This document shows, piece after piece, positions 63,029 through 64,000 of a stretch of DNA of 64,000 nucleotides. Numbering within the stretch: position 1 is the first letter of the stretch; every line of letters starts with the position of its first letter. This DNA comes from Pedobacter sp. (lineage in GTDB: Bacteria > Desulfobacterota > Desulfuromonadia > Desulfuromonadales > Syntrophotaleaceae). The translations under genes were made by a program, and so were the position numbers. Location: assembly GCA_050253415.1 (NCBI GenBank), contig JBFWJC010000001.1, forward strand, positions 32,001 to 96,000, written 5' to 3'. Below the pieces are notes generated by a model. It saw only the letters and a program-made list of their open reading frames with translations. It made no database searches and was not told the origin of the DNA.

Positions 63029-63952
63029 ATGCCCCGCCGCGGGTTTACCACCATCATCCTACTACTGTTCCTATTGCTGCCGGCCTGCAAACACCAGGAG
63101 CAACTACCTGCCCAGGTCTTGTTGCGCGTCGATGGCCGGACCGTCTCGTTGGAGCAGTTTCAACACGATTTCGAGCAGATCCTGCCCAAGGACCGAACCC
63201 TTGCCAAGGACGAGGAACAAGCCCTGCGCCGCTCCTACCTTGCCCAGCGCATCGATCACGAATTACTCCTGGCCGAAGCGGAAAACCTTCAGATGAGGAT
63301 TCTCCCGAAGGAGATGCAGCAAGCTGTCGATAGATACCGCGAAAATTATCCCCCCGGCGATTTCGATCGTATGCTTAAGGAAAATGGCTTGACGGAAGAG
63401 GCCTGGAACAGGCTGCTGCAGGAAGAACTGCTGGTGGAAAAAGTCCTCAATCAGATGGTGCGGGAGCAGATCACCGTGGCTGAAGACGAAATCACCGCCT
63501 ACTTTGAATCCAACCGCGAGAATTTTTCCCGGACAGAACAGGTCAGGGCTCGCCAAATCACCGTCGCCACCGAAGCCGAGGGTCGCCAGATTCTGGAAAA
63601 GCTGCGTCAAGGCATGCCATTCAAGGAAGCCGCCCGCCGCTATTCTATTTCCCCGGAGGCTGAGCAGGAAGGCGATCTTGGTACTTTTGCCCGGGGCGAA
63701 ATGCCCGAAGCTTTTGACCAGGCAGTGTTCGATCTTCCGGCCGGACGCGTAAGCGATCTGGTCCAGACAGAATACGGCTACCATATTTTTCTTGTCGAGG
63801 AGCATCTTCCCGCGACGCAACCTGCATTGCAAACAGCCCGCGAAGATATCATCGCCACGTTGCGCCAACAAAAAGAAGAAAAACTGTACCAGGACTGCCT
63901 GCAGGCTCTGCGACAGGCGGCCACCATCGAGGTAGATTGGACATTACTATAA
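63029..63952 (+). CDS. Parvulin-type peptidyl-prolyl isomerase lipoprotein (SurA/PrsA-like)
   Basis: Lipobox LPAC; VRARQI; GDLG.F; FDQAVF; TEYGYHI; AAGGAG RBS. Confidence 0.9.
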   Translation: MPRRGFTTIILLLFLLLPACKHQEQLPAQVLLRVDGRTVSLEQFQHDFEQILPKDRTLAKDEEQALRRSYLAQRIDHELLLAEAENLQMRILPKEMQQAVDRYRENYPPGDFDRMLKENGLTEEAWNRLLQEELLVEKVLNQMVREQITVAEDEITAYFESNRENFSRTEQVRARQITVATEAEGRQILEKLRQGMPFKEAARRYSISPEAEQEGDLGTFARGEMPEAFDQAVFDLPAGRVSDLVQTEYGYHIFLVEEHLPATQPALQTAREDIIATLRQQKEEKLYQDCLQALRQAATIEVDWTLL

Positions 63953-64000
63953 ACTTTTTTCCAACCCCATGCGAGGAACGGCACCCATGAAACGCTTTGT

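Overview
Bacterial chromosomal window with no rRNA, tRNA, CRISPR array, integrase or transposase that I could see. The gene set and order (hrcA-grpE-dnaK-dnaJ-LpoA-like-carD-ispD-ispF-glnS-cysS-uvrB ... nadA-mfd-PPIase) suggest a deltaproteobacterium of the Desulfuromonadales type; that is inference only. The right part (~29.7-64 kb) is mostly housekeeping, including tandem nhaD paralogues and a perfect CIRCE element. The left part (~1.9-29.6 kb) is an accessory mosaic with three notable contents. (i) A compact candidate isoprenoid-lipid/quinone pathway: GGR-like flavoprotein, UbiE-like methyltransferase, polyprenyl synthase, divergent UbiA-like membrane protein, LolA-like protein and cupredoxin lipoprotein. 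(ii) A transport block with a zf-HC2 zinc finger fused to a DASS symporter. (iii) Diverged duplicates of the 3' or 3'-proximal parts of pit, uppP and comM/yifB lying downstream of the intact genes, plus orphan C-terminal fragments of Nramp, Hsp20 and histidine-kinase genes; these look like scars of repeated 3'-end-replacing integrations. All calls come from reading motifs by eye; no database searches were run.
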